DNA of 64,000 bases from the NCBI GenBank assembly GCA_963575745.1, contig CAUYUJ010000314.1, positions 310,001-374,000 of the forward strand, given 5' to 3'. The notes beneath the pieces are model-generated. The model was not told the DNA's origin. It made no database searches and worked only from the letters and a program-made list of their open reading frames with translations. Position 1 is the stretch's first letter. Every line of letters starts with the position of its first letter. Source of the DNA: Prorocentrum cordatum (Eukaryota). Positions 1 through 9,404 of the stretch are shown piece by piece. Both the position numbers and the translations under genes were made by a program.

Positions 1-23
1 TCGACTCCCGTCGGGAGGGCCGA

Positions 24-989
24 GTGGTCGAGGGGCCTCCCGACGGAGGGCCCTTGCAGATGAGTCATCGTGCGGCGTTCCCCGACGGTCCGACGGTCTC
101 CCCCGTGGCCGGTGGCCCATGGCCCGTGACCCGTCGTCGTCGTCACCGTCCGTCGGCGTCGCTGCCTCAGCCTCAGCCGTCTGCAGTGCGAAGGTCCAGT
201 GTTTCGGCTGTACTCCTCCCCAGCCTGAGCAGGCGACCCCCCCCCGCCTCGGACTCAGGCGTCGACGCGGCGTCGACGCTCGCCGCGATGGCCGCGATGG
301 CAGCATCGGGGCCGTCGACGACTCATCACATCCAGCTCCAGCTTCGTGTGACCATCAATGGAGATGATGGAGTCGTGGTGGGCGGTGTGACCATCAACAA
401 TGGAGATGGAGTCGTGGTGGGCGGCGGCGGCGACGACCAGCGCGCCCCGGGGGCCGCCGCCGTGTTCCAGCATGCGTTTCATGTGCCAGCTGCTGGTGGT
501 GGTGGCGCTGCGGCCGCAGGCCCTGTGGGCGCCGCTGCAGCTCCGGGTGGCGCAGGGGCCGCACTCCCACTCCCACCCCCAGCACTTCCTGTCGCTGCCG
601 CTGGGCAGCCTTCTCCTGTCGCTGCGCAGCCTGGGCAGCCTGGGCTGCCTCCACCGGCGCCGGCGGGGCAAGCCTTGGAGGTGCCCGAGGGGTCTGAGGC
701 CAACGAATTCGGCTGGCCAGCCACTGCGCCGTGGATCGCACCGCACTTCCGCCGGATCTTGCCCCTCGCGGCTGGCGCGCTCGGGTACCACAGCAGCCAC
801 GTGATGGCCCGCTATCGCAGCGTTGACATCTGCACCGTATGCGGCGGCTTCTCTGAGCGTGTATGTTCCAGGAAGCTCTGCGCGCCCTGTTCAGGGATCC
901 GCAGTGATCACTATGGCAGGCGCAACCTTCTTCACATGCGCGTCGGCCACCACCCCAAAACTAACCGCGATTTTGCGGGCTGCTACTAA
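24..989 (+). mobile_element. 3' end of a non-LTR retrotransposon-like ORF: low-complexity linker plus C-terminal Cys/His zinc-finger
   Basis: The ORF ends YHSSH...DICTVCGGFSERVCSRKLCAPC...MRVGHHP. The same pattern follows the RNase H domain of the LINE remnant at ~18050-18290 (WICLRCGGWSQGRALKLAQPC). The 5' part is probably outside the window. Confidence 0.5.
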
Positions 990-1594
990 CGTGGTGAGGG
1001 CCCGCCACGCGCCGCGCGCTGGAGTAAATGGAGGGAGGAGGGGTGGGGGGAGATGGGGGCGAGGCGATATGATCAGAGATTTTGACGACCGCGACGACGA
1101 CCGTGACGACGACGACGACGCGACGACGACCCGACCCGACTCGCCCTTAATCCTTAGGCCTCATCTGCATTCTGTGCCCTGCAGGACGCCGCCCCCGCGG
1201 CTGCTTCCCACGGTCCGTCGGCCCGATGCCACGCGCGCGCTCCATGCGAGGCCGCGTGGGCTGCAGCATGCGCGCCGTCTCATCCCCCGCCCCGCAGCGC
1301 GCGCCCCCCCCCCCCCACTGGCACCACTGGACGTTTGCGCAAGTGTCGGGCTTATGCCGATCGGATCAACGCCCCATGGCTCCAGGGCCCCCCAGGGCTC
1401 CCCCCCCCCGACTACATGAATTATCCGACGCTGTCCGCCGCGAGGGCGGGGGGGGAGGGGGGGCGCGCTGTAGCTGTTCTCTGTTCTATCGGCTAGCGCA
1501 GTCAGTCGAAACCTTCGGCCTGGCAGCGAATCTCGAAAGCATAACAGATTTATGGGGTTCTGGATCTACTAGGACTCAAAAAATGAGTGTGTTG

Positions 1595-1710
1595 AAGATT
1601 GGGATCTCCTCTTGACGCCCTGAGGGGCGAGGAATTTCTGGCAATCTCTCTTGAGGCCCTGTGGGGAGATAGAATTTCTGGGATCTCCTCTTGAGGCCCT
1701 TAGGGTAGTT
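1595..1710. repeat. Short tandem repeat (ATCTCCTCTTGAGGCCCT-like core, 3 copies)
   Basis: The core recurs at ~1603, ~1644 and ~1683. It resembles the CCTCTTGAGGCC motif of the repeat at 54.2-54.8 kb. Confidence 0.6.
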
Positions 1711-2067
1711 AGAATTTCTTGGTGCCGTTGGGGTCTTGCAAAATCTCTGGGCCCACCCATCAAGAGCTGGTAGGCCATCTGGGGAGAACTCGACAGGCTC
1801 TTGGCGCCCTCGCTCGCTGAAAATGCATTAATCTTCGCATTGCTTCGAGGGAATGGGCGACTTCCGACATCCGTGAGTTCGTCTAGAATTGGTTGCGGCT
1901 ATTTTCGCTCTGCTTCCTATCCGCCCTCTGGACGTTCCATCGGCTACAACGGCCCCTGTTCTTCCATCATTGCCCAATTCCATTCCCACCGCGGCTCCAG
2001 CCCGACCTGCAACAGGCGCGCGAGGTGGAACGGCCAGCCCGCAGCTGAACCAGCCCGCCTGAGTGCG

Positions 2068-5000
2068 ATGAGCGGCTTCGCGGCGCAGCCGTTCAAGGAC
2101 TTCTGGGCCGACAGGGTTTTCCCCCTCATCGAGACTGACTTCAAGCGGCTTCTCAAGACCATTCCGAAGCGCGTCGCCGCGAGGGCCGAGGGGCCGAAGA
2201 GGGAGAAGCCAGACAAGTCGCAGGAGGACCAGTCGAAGAAGATCTCGAAGAAGGACAGCAAGGAGAGAACTCCATTGCAGGAGAAGCTCGCCAGGATCAT
2301 CGAAGAGTGTAACGAGAAGGGCGAGCGCAGGAATGCCTATCTGAACCTGGCGTATACGGCGCCCATCGACAACAGTTTCCTGGAGGAGAATATCTCGGTG
2401 GGCAAGGTGGAGAACGTGGCTGCGGACATGTTCATGGCGAACGTGCCGACGGACGACGCGGCTGCAACAGCGAACGACTCTCTTGAGGGCGCTGGCGACG
2501 TCGAGTGCACAGCCCAGGGTATACCGCAGCGGCGCATCGTGGAGACGCTAAGCCAGGTCAAGGGTGGCAGGCCTTGGAAGATCCCGAAGCAGGTTGAGAA
2601 AGGGTTCGAGATCCCCATCATGATCACCAACGTGAACCAGACCGCTGTGCCCGAGATCGGCAAATTCAAGCGTTTGGGCAGTGACTTCGTGGTCAACGCT
2701 GTCTGGCTGGCCTACTACTGGGCGAAAGAGGAAGGCAACAGGCAGGCCGCACAAGCGGTGGAGGACTTGATTCTGGATTGGCCCCTCGATTTCGCGCTGA
2801 TCCCGGGGCGCGCGGCTGAGGAGATCGAGGAGAACAAGTCCAAGAGGTCTGTCAACCAGAGAGCCCGCCACGAGCGCCTGCGCGCCTGGCTCGGTGTCGA
2901 GAACCAGAACCTCATGCGCATCGTGGCACGTGCGGCGGAAATCTCGGAGAGCGGCGGGCCAGGTGGCGGGAACCCCTCGGCAGAGAAGGTGCAGGCGTGG
3001 TTGGAGAAAAACATACAGGGGGGGAGTTATGAACTGCCCCAGCCTGAGGACCGTCAGGACGCACATGATCAACTGGTTCGCTCTCGAAAAGTGCCCAGGG
3101 GCACTGCTGCTTTTGGATGCCGCCGTGAACCGTTGGGGGCGAGACAATCTGCTGGGCAAGCCCACGCAGCTTGGGTTGACATCGCGAAGACGGGCGCTAC
3201 CTCGCTGGGGCACGTCTTGGAAAGCCTGTTCACGCGGATGTGGCGGAAGAGCGTGAAGGACCCGTACAGCGCCTCCACCATCGGCCAGGTAGTGGCCGAT
3301 ATCTTGTGGGCGAAGAAGTACGTGGCGAACTTTCTGAGACAGCGCCCAGACTTGTTCAAAGGCAGCACTGGCTGCAACAGCACTGAAGCACCAGACACAC
3401 AGGAGAACGTCGCCGAGAGAAAAGTCATGGTCATGGCTAGGCAATACCTCGACTCGCCGCTCAAGTTCTTCGAGAAGACTGAGGGGCCTGACAAGGGCCC
3501 GACCTGGGTGCAGTCGCTGCCGACCGACGCGCTGCGCCTGGCGATGAGACACTTCCTCGAAATCGGCCAGGAATTCTACAAGCAGGAGATCTCTGGCGCC
3601 CTCACCCAGTCGTACGCCGAGCGCTACAACATGGACAAGTTCCACAGGAGCGTGCGAGAGAACAAGAGGTTCTTCGAGAGGTTCCAGATCGCGTACGACT
3701 CCCTCGCGGGAAACCCCCAGGAACCGTCAGAGGAACAGCCTGCAGACAGCGACACGGTCGGTGCTGCAACAGCGGGCGGCGCTGGAACAGCGGAGGCGGC
3801 CTCCGGGGACAAGAAGAAGATCGACGTCTCCCCGAGCGACGTGAATAACTTCAAGGCGCTGTGCGAGCAGCAGTGCTCTACCGTTCTGGATACGCGGGTC
3901 GTCATGATCACGGCGGAGGGCAGCGCCATGGATATCAACGCTTCGGTTACTAAGACACGCCTATACCAGAACCTCACAGAGAATGCATCAGTGATGGGCT
4001 TCTACGATGTCAAGAATGCGAAGTTGTGCTGCGTCTTCGAGGGGCAAGGCCTCACGCGCCGTGAGCCCGCGCTGGACGAGCAGGATTTCACACGCTACCT
4101 GAAGTCCCTGGAACTGCTGATGGTCGGTGGGTGGGACGTGCTGTGGGTGCTGACGGGCCGCGCGCAGTCGAACCTCCCGAAGATCCAGAATATCCTCGTC
4201 GCAAACAAGTTCCGCGCGGTCACATGCCACCTCGCCTACAACACGAAGCAGATGCAGCAGTACGGCCACTTCCAGAGGCAGCGGGGCCTGGCGAACTCGC
4301 GCCCGCACGAGGTCATGTTGCTCTGCTACAAGGGGAGGAAGCCGAAGCAAATGGCCAAGTTCAGGCAGTTCGTGGGCGCGGGCAGCCCCCTCTTCAACGA
4401 AGTGATGAGGAACGTGCCTGTCCTGCCGCAGAAGAGCCACGCCCTCGTGCCCAAGCAGGTTCGGGAGACCAGCTTGGCCAGCATGGTCGGCCAGTGCGTC
4501 ACCGAGGTGGAGGCCGAGGAGCGAGAGAAGCTGGGGTACTGCCACCCTCTCCAGGGGGACGACGAGGGCGCTGATTGTGGCGCCGGGGCGCTCGACGAAG
4601 CTGCAACAGCCGTCCGCCCCGAGAAGGCCCTCGTGACTGCGGCCGTGAAGAAGCGGAGACTCTACCGCCAGCTCACGGGAACGGAGGTGCCGTGGTTCCC
4701 GCACGACAACGACATCGAGCTCCTCAAGGAGCTCTGCCACGAGGCGGGGAAGCCCAGGTGGGTGTACTTCGGCGCGCCTGCGGGCGGCGCAGGCATGCAC
4801 GGCTGCATCGAGAGCGGGTGCAGTGTGTTGGCCTTGACTTTCGACGACCACCACGCGAAGGTGCTCAGGCCGTTTCTCGTGGAGCGTGCTGTCGAGGCCA
4901 TGCTCGGGAGCAGCACCATGGTGTTCCTGAACGAGGACCTGCTTGCACGCTCTGTGCAGTTGCGCCTGACAAAGGAGGACCCGAAGGAGGACCCGAAGGA

Positions 5001-5211
5001 TGGGAAGAAGGAGGACGACAACAAGAAGGAGGGCAAGAAGGAAGACAATACTAAGGACACTAAGGATAATAAGAATAAGGATAATAATGATGACAAGAAG
5101 AAGAACGGTAAGAAGGGTAAGAAGCGCGACGCCGACGCGTCATCGACCTCAGACTCCTGGTCCTCAGACGACCCCTCGGCCTCGAAGAAGAAGAAGTCGA
5201 AGACTTGCTGA
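2068..5211 (+). CDS. Large unknown protein (~1050 aa) with a C-terminal degenerate beta-class N6A/N4C DNA-methyltransferase-like fold and a K/D/E-rich tail
   Basis: Long open frame with strong G/C third-position bias and a likely ATG at 2068. WFPHDNDIELLKELCHEAGKPRWVYFGAPAGGAGMHGCIESGCSVLALTFDDHHAKVL parallels the beta-MTase pattern HP.KP..L...L.....VLDPF.GSG.T.......R..IG.E....Y. HEVMLLCYKG resembles the E.+++F.K strand. There is no DPPY. A pair of compensating frameshifts at ~3020-3170 is likely. Confidence 0.6.
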   Translation: MSGFAAQPFKDFWADRVFPLIETDFKRLLKTIPKRVAARAEGPKREKPDKSQEDQSKKISKKDSKERTPLQEKLARIIEECNEKGERRNAYLNLAYTAPIDNSFLEENISVGKVENVAADMFMANVPTDDAAATANDSLEGAGDVECTAQGIPQRRIVETLSQVKGGRPWKIPKQVEKGFEIPIMITNVNQTAVPEIGKFKRLGSDFVVNAVWLAYYWAKEEGNRQAAQAVEDLILDWPLDFALIPGRAAEEIEENKSKRSVNQRARHERLRAWLGVENQNLMRIVARAAEISESGGPGGGNPSAEKVQAWLEKNIQGGSYELPQPEDRQDAHDQLVRSRKVPRGTAAFGCRREPLGARQSAGQAHAAWVDIAKTGATSLGHVLESLFTRMWRKSVKDPYSASTIGQVVADILWAKKYVANFLRQRPDLFKGSTGCNSTEAPDTQENVAERKVMVMARQYLDSPLKFFEKTEGPDKGPTWVQSLPTDALRLAMRHFLEIGQEFYKQEISGALTQSYAERYNMDKFHRSVRENKRFFERFQIAYDSLAGNPQEPSEEQPADSDTVGAATAGGAGTAEAASGDKKKIDVSPSDVNNFKALCEQQCSTVLDTRVVMITAEGSAMDINASVTKTRLYQNLTENASVMGFYDVKNAKLCCVFEGQGLTRREPALDEQDFTRYLKSLELLMVGGWDVLWVLTGRAQSNLPKIQNILVANKFRAVTCHLAYNTKQMQQYGHFQRQRGLANSRPHEVMLLCYKGRKPKQMAKFRQFVGAGSPLFNEVMRNVPVLPQKSHALVPKQVRETSLASMVGQCVTEVEAEEREKLGYCHPLQGDDEGADCGAGALDEAATAVRPEKALVTAAVKKRRLYRQLTGTEVPWFPHDNDIELLKELCHEAGKPRWVYFGAPAGGAGMHGCIESGCSVLALTFDDHHAKVLRPFLVERAVEAMLGSSTMVFLNEDLLARSVQLRLTKEDPKEDPKDGKKEDDNKKEGKKEDNTKDTKDNKNKDNNDDKKKNGKKGKKRDADASSTSDSWSSDDPSASKKKKSKTC

Positions 5212-5792
5212 AACAGAGCACAGTTTTGAGCACAGGCTGCAACAGAATTCGACAGCCCCGACGCAGGAGCCAGCCCGCACGCTCCTGTTCCTGTGCGTGG
5301 AGCTGCCACTTGTTTGATTTTGGATTGCAACAGTCGCGCGCTGGCGGCGTCGCCTCCGTTCTCGTAATGGGACGCGCGCCACATTCTGCCTTGTGCAGTA
5401 CACGGCGCCTTGCGTACATATAGGAACATAGTCCTCCGTCATCCCTTCGTCGCCATCCGTCGCACTTGGCCCACGGCGCAGGCAAGGCGCAGAGTCAGGA
5501 TGCTTACCTTTCCAAAGGGTACCCTCGTTGCATCCTACGCTTTCCGTTCCGAAGCTGGGGGGCTGGATAAACAACAGATACCATGCCGCCAAGGCCCTTG
5601 CATCCCTACGGCGCTCTGTAGGGGCGGGCCAGGATGGGGATGCAGCAGGGTAGGGAAGACACGGGAAGCAACGCTCCGAGGAGCGGCCGCAGGGGGAGGA
5701 GGAGGACGGAGGAGGGGCCCGCAGGCGTCTCGGTTCACTGAAACTTAGCGGGCCCGCAGGGACGACACTGCCGTCAGCGGGCCTCCGCGGCG

Positions 5793-7036
5793 ATGGCTGC
5801 CTCGGGCGGCAGCGGTCGCGACAGGAACAAGGTTCTCTTCCATAAGTGGGGCTGTTACCTGCAGGGTGACGGGTCGAACAACGACAAGATCAACAAGAAG
5901 CTGAGGGATACCTGCAGCAATAGCATGGCCAGGGTGGCAAAAAAGGGGGTCCGACCGCAAAAGTGACGCTGGGGAAGGTATCGGAGAACAAATGTGTGTT
6001 GACGTGGCCAAAGCCAGTTTCGTATGACACCTGCTCGCGGCTCCTCAAGATTGCGCTGGGCGCCAACGGGAAAGACTATGTGAGCAAGCCTGCAGGGGTG
6101 CCAGGGTGCGCGAAATGTGCTGGAACAGCTGACGCTGCAGAAGATGAGCCAGCTGTCGCCGAGTGCCACGGTGTCGCAGGAGAAACCCTAGAGAACGCGC
6201 TGGGGAAGGTGCTCGTTCCCGCCGCGGACGGGGCAGCGGAGCCTACGCCACCGACAGCTGCTCGTCGCGGGTCTGCTGGTCCGAGAGCGGTGTCCCACGA
6301 CGAGGGTCGTGTGAATCTACTTGCACTGAAGCTCGACGCGGTCGGGCACGCGTACGAAAACAAACAGAAGGGCAAGTGCGAGGACCTGCCGCTCGAGTAC
6401 GACGTGCAGTGGGAAGGAGGGGAGCTCGGTCAGGGCTCTTTCGGCAAGGTCTACTTGGGCACGCGACAGGGCGACAAGACTGGCCTTGCGATCAAGATGC
6501 TGCGGGACGACCCCAGCGATGCGCAGAAGGGGTGCAATGCGGATGCCGTCGGAGGGGCTCTGGATGAGGTCATGCGCCACGGTGCTGTGGGCACGCACCC
6601 GCGTCTCGTTCGCTTACTCGACGTGGGCCTTTTCAGGAGGTTGTGCCCAGGAACTGCAACAGTCCCGAAGAAAGCACACCGAGAACTGCAACAGTCAGTA
6701 CCAAGGATAGATTGGAAATGGACGGAGCACATCGGCCTCGTGCACGAGTTGTTCGAGATCGATGTCCGCCAATTCCTCAAGAAGTCCTCCTTCACGCAGA
6801 CAGGGATGCGCCACGTCCTGAACAGCGTTCTCGAAGGGCTCCAGTACATGCACGACAGGGGCCTCATTCACTGCGACATCAAGCCCGCAAACATCCTGAT
6901 GCGAGGATCGCCGCAGACGCGCGGCTGCTTCGAGAAGCAGGCACTTGTATCACGTGAGCTTGGCGAATGGGATCCCGTCGCGCCGTGCCCAAAGAGCAAG
7001 CTGCAGTTCGACTGGCAGATCCCGAGTTCCTTCGAG
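5793..7036 (+). CDS. Ser/Thr protein kinase, exon 1 (subdomains I-VIb); probable frameshift near 5945
   Basis: Motifs LGQGSFGKVY, AIKM, HPRLVRLLDV and HCDIKPANIL. An ATG at 5793 opens a short frame that shifts at the A6G5 run (~5939-5949) into the 5963 frame. Confidence 0.85.
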
Positions 7037-7040
7037 GCGC

Positions 7041-7335
7041 TCGTCGTCGACGTCGTCGTCGCCGTCGTCGTCGCCGTCGTCGTCGTCGTCCTCCTCCTCC
7101 TCGTCCTCCTCGTCCTCGTCGTCCTCGTCGTCCTCGCCGTCCTCGTCGTCCTCGTCGTCCTCGTCGTCGTCCTCCTCGTCCTCGTCGTCGTCGTCCTCGT
7201 CGTCATCCTCGTCATCCTCGTCGTCCTCGTCGTCGTCCTCCTCGTCCTCGTCGTCGTCGTCCTCGTCGTCCTCGTCATCATCGTCATCCTCGTCATCCTC
7301 GTCGTCGTCGTCGTCATCCTCGTCATCATCGTCGT
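7041..7335. repeat. (GTC/CTC/ATC)n trinucleotide microsatellite within the intron
   Basis: Directly visible. Confidence 0.95.
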
Positions 7336-7370
7336 TCCTTCGACTAAGATCCCGAGTGTCAGGGCTCACA

Positions 7371-7750
7371 TGGAGCTCTAACATAGTATGTTAGAGCTCC
7401 CAGGAGTATGTTAGAGCTCCAAGGGAGCTCTAACATGCCATGTTAGATTTGAGCTCCAGGGAGCTCTAACATGGCACATGCCATGTTAGAGCTCCCAGGG
7501 AGCTCTAACATGCTATGTTAGAGCTCCCATGGAGCTCTAACATGCCATGTTAGAGCTCCAAGGAGCTCCCTGGGAGCTCTAACATGGTATCACGTGCCAT
7601 GTTCGAGCTCCCAGGGAGCTCTAACATGGCATGTTAGAGCTCCCTGGGAGCTCTAACATAGCATGTTCGAGCTCCCTGGGAGCTCTAACATGGTATCACG
7701 TGCCATGTAAGAGCTCCGTGAGAGCTCTAACATACTATGTTAGAGCTCCC
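7371..7750. repeat. Array of palindromic units GAGCTCTAACAT-N-ATGTTAGAGCTC within the intron
   Basis: Alternating 12-bp arms that are exact reverse complements, e.g. 7373-7399. Confidence 0.9.
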
Positions 7751-7777
7751 CTCTCCTCCATTCGCCCCTCTCCGCAG

Positions 7778-8400
7778 GTGGTGCTCGCCGACCTCGGCTG
7801 TGTGCAGATGGCGGATCCCCACGGCAGGTTGAAGAGGAAACTGCGCTACAGCCCGACCTGCGATGACCTCAGAGTATGCACGCCCGCTTACAGAGCGGTA
7901 GGCGTTTTCTTGGGGAACCAGCGCTACTCAGAGGACCTGGACATGTGGTCCATCGGGTGCCTGATGGCCGAGTTGTATACGCGCAAGGTGTCGTTCCAAC
8001 CGCCAGAGCCTTGCGGCGCGCTCGGGCATCATCCAGGGGGGCACCCGAAAGACTTCGTGGTTTTCTGCAGGGAGGTTTTGGGGATCCCAGGCAAGGAGCC
8101 AGGGTCGGGAGACTTCTACAATTACGAGGGCCAGGAACCCGCCCCGTGGCTGGACAACCTGCCTTTCTTTGAGAAGTGGTTCAAGCGGTCGGGCGGGGAT
8201 TGGCTAAAGGCTGAAACAGCGAAGGCACTCGACGGCCGAGGGCGCTGGCCCGTTGACGAACTTGCAGACTGCCCCCCAGACTTGTTGAAGGCCGCCGGGA
8301 GCTGCCTGCTTTGGCGCCCTGGCGCCAGAGCGACAATCAGTAGTCTAAGGGCTCGTCGCTTCCTGCAGCCGGCTGGCGCCCAGCTCGTCGCGCGCATCTC
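7778..8400 (+). CDS. Ser/Thr protein kinase, exon 2 (subdomains VII-XI)
   Basis: Motifs VVLADLG, CTPAYRA, YSEDLDMWSIGCLMAEL and CLLWRPGARAT, giving a CMGC-like appearance. Confidence 0.85.
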
Positions 8401-9376
8401 ATGGCGCAGGGGAAAAACGGCACGGGCGCGATAGCGGAGGCCGGGCTGGACCCAGGCTTGCTCCGCTTCTTGCAGAGAGACCCGTGCTGGCAGATCTTGG
8501 CCGAGGAGCGCCTGGACACGGGGGCAACCGTCTCCAAATGCGTCCGAGGCGACGAGGCGGCAAAGGGCTTGAAAACAGAGGTCGCAGGCGTCGTGGACGA
8601 CGAAAGCCCCCCGAAGTGCCGCAGCCTCAACAAGGGCGGGAATTTGCAGATCACCCCCTCGCCCCACATGGCCGCCTTCGTGCGAGCGCTGCGGAAGAAG
8701 ATGCGCCCGTGGCTGCAACAGCTGGGAGACAAAATGCGCGAGGCTGTCAAAGCCGACGGCATGCCACCTGCCATCGTCGAGCAGAACGGAAAGCCCATCA
8801 TGACAGAGCACTTCGCCGACAACGCGTTCGCGTACGCATCGATCCAGCTCATGCAACCAGGCGCACGGGGCGATGGTTGGCACACAGATGGCGGATGCTC
8901 CCTGTTGCACGCGGCCGTGACGGTTTTCGGGGCGCGCTCCGTGCAAGTGAGGATCCCAGGGGTCCTGGGAGCACATGATGGGGCGTCACCCTCGAGCACA
9001 GCCTCCTGCGGAAGGGTCGTCACCCTCGAGCAAAAGCATGGGTCCTTCTACATGGGCACCCTGTCCTCCCTCGAGCACAACGTGCATCACCACGCCTCAG
9101 GACTGTTTCGCCGCCCACCACGAGCTGCAACAGCGCGTAGACGACAGCAGGCTGCAGATCGCCGTCGTGGTCCGCTCCGACGTCTTTCGGGAGTTCAGGG
9201 CGCGCAGGATCGACGCCACGCCTGGCCCGAAGGAGTTCTTCAACGTCGTGAACCACGTCGTGGCCGATCACCTGGCGCGGGTCCCCGTGGCGTTGCCCGA
9301 CCTCGCGGAGGTGCTTGACGAAATGCGGTGGCCCGGCCTCACGGAGGTGCTTGACGAAATGGGGCTTTCCGATTAG
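8401..9376 (+). CDS. 2-oxoglutarate/Fe(II) dioxygenase domain, AlkB-like; frameshift near 9100; probably fused to the kinase
   Basis: ASIQLM...GWHTDGG gives the HxD motif. LEQKHGSFYMG...EHNVHH gives the distal His. After a frameshift, QIAVVVR resembles the AlkB terminal strand RxxxxxR. The frame overlaps the end of the kinase frame. Confidence 0.7.
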
Positions 9377-9404
9377 TACTCAGCACGGCCCGCGCAGCCC
9401 GAAA

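Larger units (their letters stand above)
7037..7777 (+). other. 741-nt phase-0 GC-AG spliceosomal intron inside the kinase
   Basis: Donor GAG|GCGCTC at 7036/7037. Pyrimidine tract followed by CGCAG|GTG at 7777/7778. Removal joins ...IPSSFE to VVLADLG in frame, restoring subdomain VII. The intron holds only repeats and contains an in-frame stop. Confidence 0.85.

Noticed and set aside
7037..7381. Hydrophobic V/L transmembrane tail on the kinase
   Set aside because: It is intronic (GTC)n read-through; the kinase resumes at 7778.
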